A stretch of 64,000 bases of DNA from Octopus sinensis. Taxonomy: Eukaryota. The position numbers were made by a program, and so were the translations under genes. Location of the stretch: assembly GCF_006345805.1 (NCBI RefSeq), contig NC_043002.1, positions 54,312,001 through 54,376,000 on the forward strand, written 5' to 3'. Each line of letters opens with the position of its first letter. Position 1 is the stretch's first letter. Of this stretch, positions 11,001 to 53,699 are shown piece after piece. Under the pieces are notes generated by a model. It did no database searches. It was not told the origin of the DNA and saw nothing but the letters and a program-made list of their open reading frames with translations.

Positions 11001-12268
11001 CTTTTGCTCTCAGTTGTCTTCGAAACTCAGCAAAACACTTGTGGGCACTGTTCTTTCTCCACTAATTATGCTATACATATTATGTCCCCATCATTTGATA
11101 TTCATGTTCCATGCTGACATGGGTTGGATATTTTGACAGGATACATCAGGTCCAAGAACTGCAGTATGCTCTGTTTATTTTGGCATGGTTGTCTTTCCTT
11201 CTGCTAACCACATTGCAACATATATTGGGTGCTTTCGTCATGCCACCAGCACTAGTGAGGTCACCATATGTACAGATGACAGGCTTGTTTCAGCTTCCAT
11301 CTACCAAATCCCCTCACAAGGCTTTAGTTGGTCAGAGGCTCCAGTAGAAGACACTTGCCCAAGGTGCTGTACAGTGACTGAATCTGAAATCACATGGCTG
11401 GAAAGCATGCATGTGTTTTCCCCAGCTGTCTCTTATAAAAACTGGAGGGAAAGGTAGTATTCAGAGAATGTTACAGAGCCTACAGAACTCATGAAAGGGA
11501 GAGAGGAAGGTATCCTCAAATCAGAAACCTGGCCTGAATACTTGCAACAGAGTGAACTCTGCTAAAGGCACCCAAGGCAATCCATGTGAAGAGTTAAGTC
11601 TACCATCAAAGCAGACCATTGTTGGATTTGAACTTGGAATGCAAATAGAACAAATACCATAAAGCATCCGGTCCAATGTTCTCACAGTTCCACCAATTCA
11701 TTGCTATGGACTGCTGCTTTTTCTTTTATAGTCTTGAAAGGATGAAGGGCAAAATTAACCCAGCAAAATTTTAATTCAGAGCAGAAAGATTTGAAAGAAA
11801 TACTCCAAAGCATTGTCTTTCATGCCAAATTACATTCATTTATATATCTTAGGCATTGCAGAAAATGCCACTGATGTATACTATTTTTTATTTTTTAGTT
11901 GTATTTAGTGCTATGGAACAGTGAATGGGTTTTGGCATGACAAAATGCAGCATGGTTTTAATTACCAGTTAAAAATAAATGTGCTTCACTTACACTGCTA
12001 ATGTTTTTGAAAAAGCTCAAACATCTTATTTCTCTTCCTCTTAAATATAGTATAAAAACAAAAAATATATTGCTGTTGTATATCCTTGGTTATACACGTT
12101 CCGATTAGCCAGTCTCAGGTTCACTGCCTTCGTTTCTTGTCTGAAAGAAATCATTGTTTTTATTGTCTTAACACTTCTCACTTTATTTATCTTTCTATTG
12201 CAGGAATATGTGCAATGTGTGGTAAGAAAGTTATTGATACCAAAAACTATCGACAAAGCTCAGTGTGA
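4885..12268 (+). CDS. CRIPT: CRIPT (cysteine-rich PDZ-binding protein), 5'-partial, 3 coding exons: 4885-5019, 10446-10463, 12204-12268
   Basis: Joined exons translate to (E)GGGRIINENKALTSKKNRYSPYNTFQKCRICKSSVHQSGSHYCQACAYKKGICAMCGKKVIDTKNYRQSSV*, which matches the CRIPT family as I recall it (CxxC pairs, class I PDZ ligand S/T-x-V). All junctions are AG/GT and phase 1. Upstream exons were not found in 1-4884. Confidence 0.95.
5570..6605 (+). mobile_element. 5'-truncated degenerate RTE-clade LINE
   Basis: Frame-broken FCCLGDQVSSGGG...RTGW...LYDACVQTAMLHGSETWAV...; 3' UTR ttggcgttaggaag..gcatccagctgtag; internal tandem duplication about 6190-6300 / 6345-6450. Confidence 0.85.
6611..6995 (+). 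mobile_element. full-length tRNA-derived SINE family B
   Basis: Head tggctatgtggtaagaag...ggttcagtccc, central ccttgggcaagtgtc, TG spacer, tail ccagcatggcc..gattgaaac. Confidence 0.85.
7000..7300 (-). mobile_element. RTE-type 3' tail fragment
   Basis: Reverse complement of (GAT)n tail and ggttggttttaggaagggcatc. Confidence 0.7.
8787..9658. repeat. perfect 39-bp inverted repeat (8787-8825 / 9620-9658)
   Basis: agtgtttaaattgaattaatttatcgatgactttgaaat and its exact reverse complement. Confidence 0.9.
9019..9170 (+). mobile_element. young RTE 3' end with (GAT)n tail
   Basis: Closely similar to 46490-46636. Confidence 0.85.
10446..10463 (+). CDS. CRIPT: CRIPT 18-nt microexon (A-C-A-Y-K-K-G)
   Basis: Long pyrimidine tract ...ttttcttttgacag|CTTGTGCATACAAGAAAG|gtaagt. 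Supplies exactly the CAYKK residues missing between the flanking exons. Confidence 0.92.
11265..11425 (-). mobile_element. SINE family B head
   Basis: ttccatctaccaaatcc...gaagacacttgcccaagg. Confidence 0.7.
12204..12268 (+). CDS. CRIPT: CRIPT terminal coding exon
   Basis: ttgcag|GAATATGTGCAATG...TCAGTGTGA; encodes ICAMCGKKVIDTKNYRQSSV*. Confidence 0.95.
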
Positions 12269-12568
12269 GATCAGTGGGTAATATATATCCAGTTTTCTAC
12301 AAGCTACTAGAATGAAGATATACCAGCTAACAACACATATTTACTAGAGATAAAATACATTTTCAGATATAAGCAGTTATTTATTCTTGGTCACTTATGT
12401 AGTGTATCAATTTCCAAAGGCTCCACAACTTCTTTTTATGCATTGTATGTCTATGTTGGTTCAAAACTTGACTGAAAACATTGTAAATATATATTTCCTT
12501 TAGAAGTTTAAAACAATTTAACGGAATGTTAGTGCTCAATTAAATTCAAATTTAAGATATGTTTTGTG

Positions 12569-12574
12569 AATAAA
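12569..12574 (+). terminator. candidate CRIPT polyadenylation signal AATAAA
   Basis: AATAAA about 300 nt after the stop, with T-rich sequence downstream. Not verified by transcript data. Confidence 0.4.
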
Positions 12575-13268
12575 CTCTCAAAAGTAAATCTTGTTTTGTT
12601 TTATTTCTGATTTGGCTTCAATTTTGAACGATTTCAGATATCCCTCTTCAATCCTGAGTATACACCTGGTTCTAATATTTTCATTTTAAAAATTGTTCTC
12701 TTGGAACATTTTTCAGAATTGTTTTAAACTGCAGAAAGGGATACTAAAACATAGTGTTTCAGATTAAATGGAAAAAAGGATTTCAAAAAATTGTATTTGC
12801 TATTTCAGTTGTTAAAAACAGAAATTAAAAATTCTTTCTAAAAAAACAAAAAGTCACATGGGTTACTTAGTCCAATTACTCTGCCTGTTGTTTGTACTGA
12901 AGGTTTACTGAACTTATATAAATTACACCATGATGTTATTGTTGATTACCAGAGTCTTCTTGCTAGTGTGTGTGTGTGATGGCTCATGGCGTAGCAGTTG
13001 GGGTGTCATGCTCACAATTATAGGTTCAATTCCTGAACCAGGGGATACGTACCTGTGAACAACATTTTTATATTCCAATTTACTCAGCTGAAATGAGCAG
13101 GAATCAAGTTCTAATGTAGCCCTCTCTCCCTCTAGCTCTCGTCCTAGACATTCTGCTGAATAAAGAGAGAGAGGGCTGAAAGTATGTCTGTTTGCTTGCA
13201 AAACAGTAATGATACAGTATGTTACCAAGTTGTACTTGCTTGTGAAAAATGGCTGTTTTTTTATGGAT

Positions 13269-13640
13269 GCAGGCATGTCTGTGTTGGAGATGTTAGTTTT
13301 CTAACTACATGGTTTGGGGTTCAGTCCCATTACATGGCACCTTCAGCAAGTGTCTTCTATTCTAGGTTAACCAAAGCCCATGTGAGTGGATTTGGTAGAA
13401 GGAAACTGAAAAAAGTTTGTCTTGTGTTTCTGTCTTTGTCTTGATGTTTTGTGATAGTCATAAATGAATGTCAGTATCATTTATTTTCAATATTCTGTGG
13501 AAACACAGTTGACCATGGGGTAATATAAGCTTGACTGGAAACATGTGGAAGATGGCAATAGGAAGAGCATCTGGTTGTAGATAATCTGACTCAAACTATC
13601 TGATCCATGCAAGCATGAAAGAGAGAATGTTAGAATGATA
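13269..13640 (+). mobile_element. SINE family C
   Basis: Family-B head followed by an alternative tail ending ccatgcaagcatg..gatgat-like. Confidence 0.7.
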
Positions 13641-13692
13641 TCCTTTAACTTGTTTCAGTAATTTGACTGGTTATGCTGGAGCACCACCTTAA

Positions 13693-14712
13693 CCCTTTCG
13701 TTACCAAACCGCCCAAAGCTGCCTGAATTTACCTATTCATATTTAAATGAGAATATCAGAGCAAATCTCTTTAGTACATTCATGAAAATACGTATTATAC
13801 TTCGTAAAGAGTTCAACTACAGTTTTGTACAAAAATCAAAGTGTAATTTTAATTCCGTGAATTTTGGGAGATTTTTTCCTATTGTGTTTTCAAAATTTGT
13901 AATTCTGACAAAAAATGGATACGAATTTCATTATATCAAGCAGCGAGTCAGAATTCGAAGGATTTTCTACTGAAGATCTTCATAAATCTAACTCTATGAC
14001 TGAAAAAAAAAAGCATGTGGTATTTGATAATGAATCTGATGTTTCATTTTCTGAAAGTGAAAACTGAATCCGAGAGCTCCGACAGCAATAAAGAAATGAA
14101 TTGGTACCTGAATGGAGTGAAAATTTAAAAACTGTTTTTTCGGTAATTTTTCTGGAGAAACTGGACCAAGCCACAGACTTTCCCAGAAGAGTAAAGCCTT
14201 AGACTATTTCTTTTTACTTTTTCGAATGAGCCTATTTGAAATCATTACGGCGGAAACGAACCGTTACGCTAAATGTAAACAAAACGAAAGAAAGGATAGT
14301 TAGTCATTTCCCATAACCTTAAATGAAATTAAGACTATTGCCATAAATATTATTATGGGTATCAGAAAGTTACCCAGAATAACATTCTATCGTAAAATTT
14401 TGTTGTATACCCAATTGAATATTAGCTAATAACCCATTTTCTATAGCGATGTTTGAACAAAATTTTAATAATTTTATATTTTGTTGAATTTACCTGTATC
14501 TACCTGCAATTAGAGTCACTTTGTGACAAAAATTATAGTATAGAATTGGTTGAGAACATTTCATTAAATTATCTTCCAAAATTCATGTTAATATATTGAT
14601 AAATAAAAAGTTATAGTTGTTTAATGAAACCAGACTAAATTTATGATTATGTTAGAAATTAATTGAAACACATAAGGGGTGTATTTTGGTCAGAAATATA
14701 GTAATGAAAGGG
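13693..14712 (+). mobile_element. non-autonomous piggyBac deletion derivative
   Basis: TTAA duplication (13689-13692, 14713-14716); TIRs CCCTTTCGTTAC / GTAATGAAAGGG; transposase remnant DYFFL..LFEIITAETNRYA...TLNEIK..IIMGIRKLP at about 14190-14390. Confidence 0.9.
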
Positions 14713-15074
14713 TTAAAGGATTTTAGTCGAAGAAATTGATCCCAGGATATATTCTTTGTAAGTCTAGTACTTACTCTATTGGTCACTTTTGCTGAACTGA
14801 TAAGTTACGGGGACATAAACACATCAACATCAGTTGTCAAGCAATAGCAGGGTGGGATAAACACACAAATTCGAGGTCTGATCAATAAATATATAATGAA
14901 GCTAAAGCATGCAGAGTGAAGCCGCTTGGCACAGATTGACCTTGGAACTCTGCTGTGCACTAAGTTTTAATGTTGTAGCTCACTTCTGGTGTTTACAACA
15001 GTATTTGGAAGGAAGGTGTGTAGTATGCGATTGTCGCATTGATCATGACAGAGGAAGTTGTCATGGTGATACCT

Positions 15075-15220
15075 GCTTCTTTCAGTTTCCAATGACTAAA
15101 TCTACTAACAAGGCTTTGGTCATTCCAGGACTACTAGGAGACTGACCCAAGATGCCATGCTGTGGAACTGAACCAGAAACGATGTGGTTGGAAAGTAAAC
15201 TTATCCACTTGGCTGTGCCT
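15075..15220 (-). mobile_element. SINE family B head
   Basis: tttcagtttccaatgactaaatc...ggaactgaaccagaaacgatgtgg. Confidence 0.65.
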
Positions 15221-15790
15221 GTAATATAAAATAAATATAAATGTACAATTTTGACTATTTACTTCATCACAAAAATGTCTCCTAAAAGAATATATATATA
15301 ATCCAAATTATTTACACATATAGCAACTGTAGTTGCTAAGGAGAACTATAAAATAATTTTTTCAGCTTATTGAACTTCAGTATGGGAAAAATTTACAACC
15401 TTCTATGTCAAACCACTATTGTTCCTGAAAGTTGTTTTTTATACACTAACAGACTGCTTGAAGCTTACTAACTTCCTACACCTTGATCCTCAGATCTTAC
15501 CATTACATAATATAATCTGAGAGCAAAAAAAAAATATAGATGCATGTAACAATGATTAAAAAAACACCAAAATATTTACCTTTATGAAGAGCTGGCTCTA
15601 ATTCTTTACCTTGTACTGGTGTTATGAGTGTGGTGCATGAACTTAATACTATATGTTCAATACACGCACTGAGTTTGATTTGCTTCACTTGTTAAACTTT
15701 TTTTTAAAAATAAATAAATAAAAAGCTAATATGTTGCACACACACACACACACACACACACAAAAAAAAAACTAATTACATTTTAATTGA

Positions 15791-15997
15791 TATTGGTTTC
15801 AAATTTTGGCTCGAGGCCAGCAATTTCAGAAGAAGGAATAAGTTGATTACATCAATCCCAGTAGTGCTCAACTGCTACTTATTTTATTGACCCTGAAAGG
15901 ATGAGAGTTGACCTCAGCAGAATTTGAACTCAGAACAGGCAAAATGCCACTAAGCATTTAATCTAGTGTGCAAACTATTCTGCCAGCTTGCTACCTT
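15791..15997 (-). mobile_element. SINE family A copy
   Basis: Similar to the reverse complement of 2996-3205. Confidence 0.75.
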
Positions 15998-18900
15998 ATT
16001 TCACTAATTAATATTAGGAACTTTATCTCATTTCATGAAATCCATCACCAGTGCATAATTATCATCCCCATCACCACTATCAGAGGCTACAGCAAAAGTA
16101 GAAGCTACAGAGTTTACTTTTTCTCTATTTCTTTAATAATAAAAACTACCACCTTGGCTATATTAAATATAAAGACTTATGCTCAAGACAGTCAAGAAAT
16201 GCAGCTGTTTGAAACTTGTCTGAGTAACTTTACATCTTTTAATTTCTCCTGCATCAATATTAGCAGTTGCCATACTTTCTACATCATAAATTAAACTTTT
16301 GATTAATATCAGGTGTACTTCTTTATTATAAGGTCACTAAGGAGCATAAGCTTCTGCTGTTTAACAAACTCTTCAAATTTAGCCTCCGCACACAAGGATT
16401 TCCCAGAATTATCACACTTTTGTTAAAATCTAAATCCAGGACCTTAACTTTTCATGCTAATCAACTACAAAAGGTGACATCTTTAGCAACAAAGGACTGT
16501 AAAATTAGAAACAACTTTTATATGTGTACATTCCTGTAGTGTAATTGTAGGTTTTGGATTAACTGTTAGTCTACTAGCTGGATCAATTAGAATACACTAA
16601 TTGGCATATAGATAAAAAAAAAATCGTAAAAATGTTTGGACAAATACTACTACCACTTGAAAGAATAACCATGCTATCCTTAGGTAAGCCATTTAAAAAA
16701 TTTTCTTCCTAGATCAAAAGGATTAAAATGCCAAACAACTCCTGGCACTTACATTACTATTAACACTGACTGTCAAATTCACTATTCCTTTCAGTGCTCC
16801 CCAAAGTGCTAAATTTTCCAAAAGCTTCAGCTTATAGATGCTACCAGAACTATTGGAACACTAAGCTGAAGGCCTGCTGATTTCTTTTGTCACACAAACT
16901 TCAAAGCCATACCATATATTAAGGTTTCTAAAGCATTGAACTGAACAAATGCAAGCTCCTATAATACCCATATCTTCATGAAACTAACTTTTCTAATGAC
17001 CTTGAAATCAGCATACCCTTCAATTACTTTGTACTAGACAATTTTTATATAACTGCATCTAGATTTAACATCAACGTCTTTGAATCAAGCTTCAAACTGC
17101 ATTAACTAGTCCTTTTGTTTAATTACTGAAGAATATATTCAGGCATGGTAACATTCCAATTTTCTCCTGTTCAAATACCATATTATAGATCGACAGTAAA
17201 TCAATATTTAGGAAAAAGCATAAGCAAAGTGCTTAGGTTGATGACCATTGCCATTGTTTACATCCAGTTTGAATAGAAAAACAGTGTTATTGTTAGTGAA
17301 AGAAAATTGGGTGAAGCACAACAAAACTTGCTAGACAATCTGGTCAGCTGGATTATTTACTGCATAAAAAGATCTTTTCTGTATAGGAGAGAGAGAGAGA
17401 AACAAAAAAACAATTAACTGAAGCGTTATTGTCAAACCATCGCAGTAAGATGGTTTTCAACTGTAGCTGACACCAGTTCACTTCATTTGAATATCCTAAT
17501 GTCTTTAGAGTGGCATCACTGCTACAATGTCTCTTCTCCCTTCCCCAAAAGGTCAGACCATTCAATAACTGCCATTTCAAAAGAAATCAGGAATTAAACA
17601 TTCATAACAATAAAATATTTATATAACTAAATAAAACAATAATGTGAAAGTCACCATGATAAGATTAAAGTTGGGCAAGGGTCAGAGTTGCAAAGAAAGA
17701 ACAAGAAGGCAATTTTGCAGTTTATGGTTTGCTTATTTATTTGTGAACATGTATAGAGTTTTACATCTGATTTAGTAGTAGATACTATGCTATTCAATCA
17801 TCTTCAATAGAGGACTATTTAGCAACTGTCAGTGATAGATGAGCAGTAACTGAACCTTGATCGTATCAAGGTTGTCCTCAACAACAACGAAGACAACAAC
17901 AATGATGCCACACATACTACCACTATCACCACCATTGATTATGGTGGTAGTAGTATAGTAATAGCAGCAACAGCAGTTAAAGCAACTACAATGACAGGAG
18001 GTGTTGAAGTGAACAAAAAAAAACCCAAAAGAACTCACTCCAGTTATTGTTATTTGCCATTTCTGCTGTAGTTGTGTCTCCCATAAAATAATAACAATAA
18101 TAATAATAATAATAGTATTACCAACCATATGCATTTAGAAATCTCTGGGGAAACTAGAGACCACCCAAAACAGCCCAACACTGAAATGGGAAGGACTCCA
18201 CAAATTCTTGTTATACACATAACATTAAGAAAAATTACAAAATGAACAATTTTTTTTTTGTTTACCAGGATCTCCTTCCTAAATGAATGAATAAGAACCA
18301 TAATCACAAAGAAAGTATAAGACAATTGCTGAACAATCTTCAAAAAAAAAGTCAGTAAAGAGGGGGATGTCTCAAAGTATGTGACTGTATGTAATGTGTG
18401 CGTGTGTATAAAGATGGGAGAAAATGTACTTGATACATGTAGAGTTTATTTATTCATTTGAAGCTGATGATTGAATTTGTCCATCCGTACAAGACAATGA
18501 AGTCAAAGTAGTGATGGACCGATTCATCAGCACCATTTCAAACAAATGAATATATAATGTTAGTTCTTTCGGGGGAAAGGGAGGAGACAGACAGGGATAG
18601 AACTTGTTGCCAATAGTTGTTTAAACATAAAAATCTAGTTTAGCCTATTTTACATTTTTTTTTTTTTTTTTTGTTTTTAAATTGTGAAGTTCTATTAATG
18701 TTTATTCAAAAAAGAGATGGAGCAGGGTTATATGTTTCAAAAGACAAATGTTTAAGACAAGGCATACAAGGCAGCCACTGACCATGATACATATGCCAGT
18801 CTTCCTCATAATTTGAGATATGGCAAAACTTTATGAACTAAAATGAAAAATGAAATTCCATATCAAATTGAACATGATTAATGAAAAAAAAAAAAAAAAA

Positions 18901-19282
18901 GCTGAAATAAGAAATTTAAATATATATTTAATATACACCCATATACATACCATATATTTTTCAATATTTTTTTTCTTGAAAAAGAAAAAGGTCGAGTTTT
19001 CAATACTACAACTTAATAACAGCCGGTTTATTTTTTTTAACCTAAGACAATTACTGCTAAGATAAACTATGGAAACAGTTGTAGTAGATGAAAAGTACTG
19101 TTATTACAGTAATTATTATTATTATTATTATTATTTATTATTATTCGTATCTATAAGATATTACACAATATCAGGTAACAGCTGATGAAGTATGAAATTC
19201 TGAAGAATAAGAAAAAAGAACTGCATGTAAGAGTCAACAAAGAAAACCTTTAATCAGTAATATATATATATATATATATGTG

Positions 19283-19314
<32 letters not shown>

Positions 19315-19824
19315 TACACACACATGTATATATAACTAAGTCCTTTGCTTCAGGAAACGATGTGAATTCTCTAAACAATTTACTGTTTTCCTTTGATTCT
19401 GTAAAAGTGGGGGGAGAGGGATTGTTTTTTTTTCTTTTGGTTAAAAAGACATTCAAAGAAAAATCTAAATACATTATTTCAATCAATTTATTAAACTGAA
19501 ATTTATATAGAAACAGGACTCAATTATGTGGCTCCCTACTAAACACATTAATAAATGAGAATACGACATAACAAAAAAAGTAAACAAACGGTGAAATTAA
19601 AAAAAAAAAAGCATCCTATTTTTCTCTCTTTCTCTCTATCTCTGTGATTTCAACAGTATATATATATATAATTGTAAAATAGAATGTTAAAGGTTGAGAA
19701 GTGCTCAGGTACTATATGGTTCATCAGTTTAAGTTGTTAATTAAAAAAAGAAAAAAAATTTTCATTAATATATGAACTTTTTCTATTCCTTTTCTTCATT
19801 TGTTTGAAGAATATAAGCAAAATA

Positions 19825-19828
19825 GCAA

Positions 19829-19867
<39 letters not shown>
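19825..19867. repeat. (TA)n microsatellite
   Basis: seen directly. Confidence 0.9.
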
Positions 19868-19872
<5 letters not shown>

Positions 19873-20107
19873 TGCACATACACTAACAGACATACACATA
19901 CACACTTTTCAAAATTAATATAAAGAAAAAATAACAGCCAACAAAACTGCGAGCCCAGTTTCTGTTTACTTGTCATATATTCAATTAAATGACGTTCTGT
20001 ACATGCTAGTTAGCAGGATGAACGACAACTCTATATAATAATAATAATATTCAGTCTGAAGATGAGGAGCAACATGAGCTGTTTACAATATTTTAGCGAA
20101 CAAATAA

Positions 20108-20111
<4 letters not shown>

Positions 20112-20147
<36 letters not shown>

Positions 20148-20162
20148 TGTGTGTGTGTGTGA
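20112..20162. repeat. (GA)n(GT)n microsatellite
   Basis: seen directly. Confidence 0.9.
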
Positions 20163-20801
20163 GAAAAAGAGAGAGGGAGAAAGAGAGAAAATGAGTCTTC
20201 TGAAAACTGTATTTTAAATTTCCTTCCCAGTAAGAAGTCAAGGGGAGAAAAAGCTGGAGCAATACGCTCTCTCCCACTAAAAGCCATGGCTACAAAAATT
20301 AATTTACACAGGTTTCTCTGAGACTGAGTACACACATGCAATCTATCTAATGGCCATTTAATTCACCATTAGTTAGTTTTCTTGCTGGACTGCATGAGTG
20401 TGCGTGAGTTAATGAATACACAACAGTGTGTAGAGTAAACAAGAATTTTATACTTTCAACTACTAAATTTCCTAGATTTTTTAATTACTTTTTACCTTTT
20501 TAATTCCCCAAAAGTTCTTGTTTTAATTTTCAATATTTTTCCTGGCATCAGGAGTTCTACATAATTGACAAAGCTATTCAAAAAACAAGCCGATGAATAT
20601 TCATATCCCTCTCCTAGACAGCATCTCTCCCATAGATGTCTTTCAGCTACGGAATGGTTGTGCACCCTGCCTGACCCACCCCAACCAAACCCCTGGTTCT
20701 CCACTCCCCTAAGACCTGATCTTGTCAAGCTATCCGACTTCATTACCCACCCTCTAAGCAACACCAATCTTTTGGTGGTACCTTAGCCAAGCCCATTAAT
20801 A

Positions 20802-20812
20802 TTTATTTTATT
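20802..20812 (-). terminator. candidate proximal CLTC polyadenylation signals (two adjacent AATAAA)
   Basis: Plus-strand tttatt at 20802-20807 and 20807-20812, about 410 nt after the stop, with a GT-rich stretch downstream on the - strand. Confidence 0.35.
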
Positions 20813-21220
20813 TAATTTTAAACTAGTCTGACTCACTACAAGCTCACTGCTGAAGGCAGCACATCAATTCTGGTTTTGATGAAAACCATTTCGACAATAT
20901 TTTCAAATGTTCATGTGTGTATAAATGTGTGCATTAAAAAAAATGTAGGTGTATTTCAGGCTAGTGAGTTGTCTTTATGAATCCATTGACTGGTCCATCA
21001 AATCAATTACACAATTCCACCAATCAGCTTGTGTCCCGAAAATGTTCATTAGAATAGCATTATGTGCCTTCCCATACAATGTAAGTCCACCCTAAAATGA
21101 ATGCTGCAGAGTATAAAGGTCTAAGGCAGCAGAAACTGCTGGCCTTTTCATAAGCCAGTCCAATTAGTTTCCATAAAAATTACATGCTGCTGGCTGGTTG
21201 GGCAGGTGAGCTGTCGCGGT

Positions 21221-51691
<30,471 letters not shown>

Positions 51692-53699
51692 CTAGAAAAT
51701 GAAAACAAAATTACAGATATGAAGAAAAATATTAAGTTACAAAAAAAAAGAAAAAAAAAAAGCTAAGACTATTTATGAATATGCAAAGAAATTTAGGAAA
51801 GCATATTTAGAAAGTTGAGATGATTTTGCAATATTTGCAGTATTGCATTGCCAGCTTATAAGAGGGGTGGGGTGGAAAAGTACCCTAGCCTTCAGATTTG
51901 TTTATGAAAGCTTAAATTGAAAGAAAAAAAATTCATACCACTTGATAACCAGGCTGCTAAAGTCTTAGTAACATTAAGAGATAGGGAAGGAGATAGTTAC
52001 AATAATATTTATTCTGTCTAGTAGTAGACAGTTTAAAATTATAAACGCCTTGATAGAGTTAATATTGATATCTTCACCAGGAGAATAATAAGCACTGGAA
52101 ATTGCAAGTTTTGGAAAATAGCAATCATTAGAAAATAATTTAAATTGTATTTTTAATAAAGTTATAAAGCAAATGAAGCTTTATCTTTATAATTTTTGAA
52201 TTTCCAATTGAATTACCCTTTACATTTGGAAGATCATTAACAAAATTCAGTTGGTATAAATGTTAGACAACAGAAATCATGATTAACAGGGATAATAAAG
52301 AAAACCTGACATACAAATCACAAATAGTTTGCCAATTCAGATAACGAAAAAAAGTAAAATGTAGAGGTAGAGTGTAGAAAGAGACATATTTCTCTTTAAA
52401 TTAAAAGCTTAAAAAGCTTGTTAGTCATGTGATATTTTATGACAATCAACAGTACGTATAGAAAATCAACTAATCCTTCAGCAAAACAAGCTTGTCAAAA
52501 CTTAGTATAGAAAAAGAAATAAAAAGAGCATGTTCAGAGACCTAAGTGGTTGATAGAAAGTGAAACAATGTCACAGAAAAACTCGCACACAAAAACTACA
52601 TTGGTCATCTAATATGAATCTGACAAAATATGGAACACCTAATTTAAAGGACAAAATAATTAGAAGATAAATTTAATACATTTCATTTATAAATGAAATA
52701 ATTTGTCATGAGTAGAAGTTACTAAATATCAAGCATAGGGTTTGATAAAATGTATGCCCAAGCAAAATATCAAGATTATCTGCATATTTCACAATAGCAA
52801 TAATTATACTTGATGTAACGCTCATTCATCAGGGTATATAAACTAATAGACAGTTAATTGAGAATTGCTTTTGACAAGATACCTGCTAATTTTGGAAAGA
52901 GTAAAGCTGAATGATTCAAACACCAGTACATAATTTAGTGGGATAAATGAATCACAAAAACTAATTTAAAATGAAATGAAATCATGATATTAACATATTA
53001 ATAAAGTATAACAATAGAAATCTTTTCATAACTCTATAAAATTGTATGCATCCCTATATTCTCTACCAATGATGCTAAAATATGCTATTTGTCAAATCTA
53101 TAAGGTAATTATAATTATAAAAAAAAAAAAGAAAAAAACCCCGGTAATGTACATTGTTAATGAGGAGTCTAAATTGTCTTAGTTGTAGAAATCATGAGCT
53201 TGAAATCAAATTCAGAACAATTAATTTCTTAAGTTTTCAAAATGAATTATAAAGTCAAATGCATGTAACAATAAAAATATTGTAAATAATCTTGAATAAA
53301 AGCACTTAGCACTGTAAATTTCCAATATCCATTGCTCTATTCTATTAGAAGTGTAAGTACACAAAAAATAGTTTGCATGACTGAAAATTTGAATATTGGA
53401 TAACAATATGATCAAAGTCATAGAAATAATTCAATATTGGAGGAATTTTATCCAATAATAATTGCTTTCTAGTGTTTGAAGTCATTTAGCGTCATTCTTT
53501 TAATGTTTGGTAAACCCTTGTGACAACTAAATAAAATCTATCATACTGATTTGTGTGATTCTTCAAAACTACCACATACTTTAAAAACCTAACAAAATCT
53601 CTTCAAAAAAGTGATAAAAATCCAATACCATAACCTTTAAGATATAACAGTCTGAGAGCTAGTGAAATGATTCCACTGAAATCATCTTCAACTGTTATT

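Noticed and set aside
16300-17300. Possible decayed gene (e.g. KVLDLDFN, LRR-like) between CRIPT and CLTC
   Set aside because: Stops in all frames and no coherent exon chain; more consistent with UTR or intergenic DNA.
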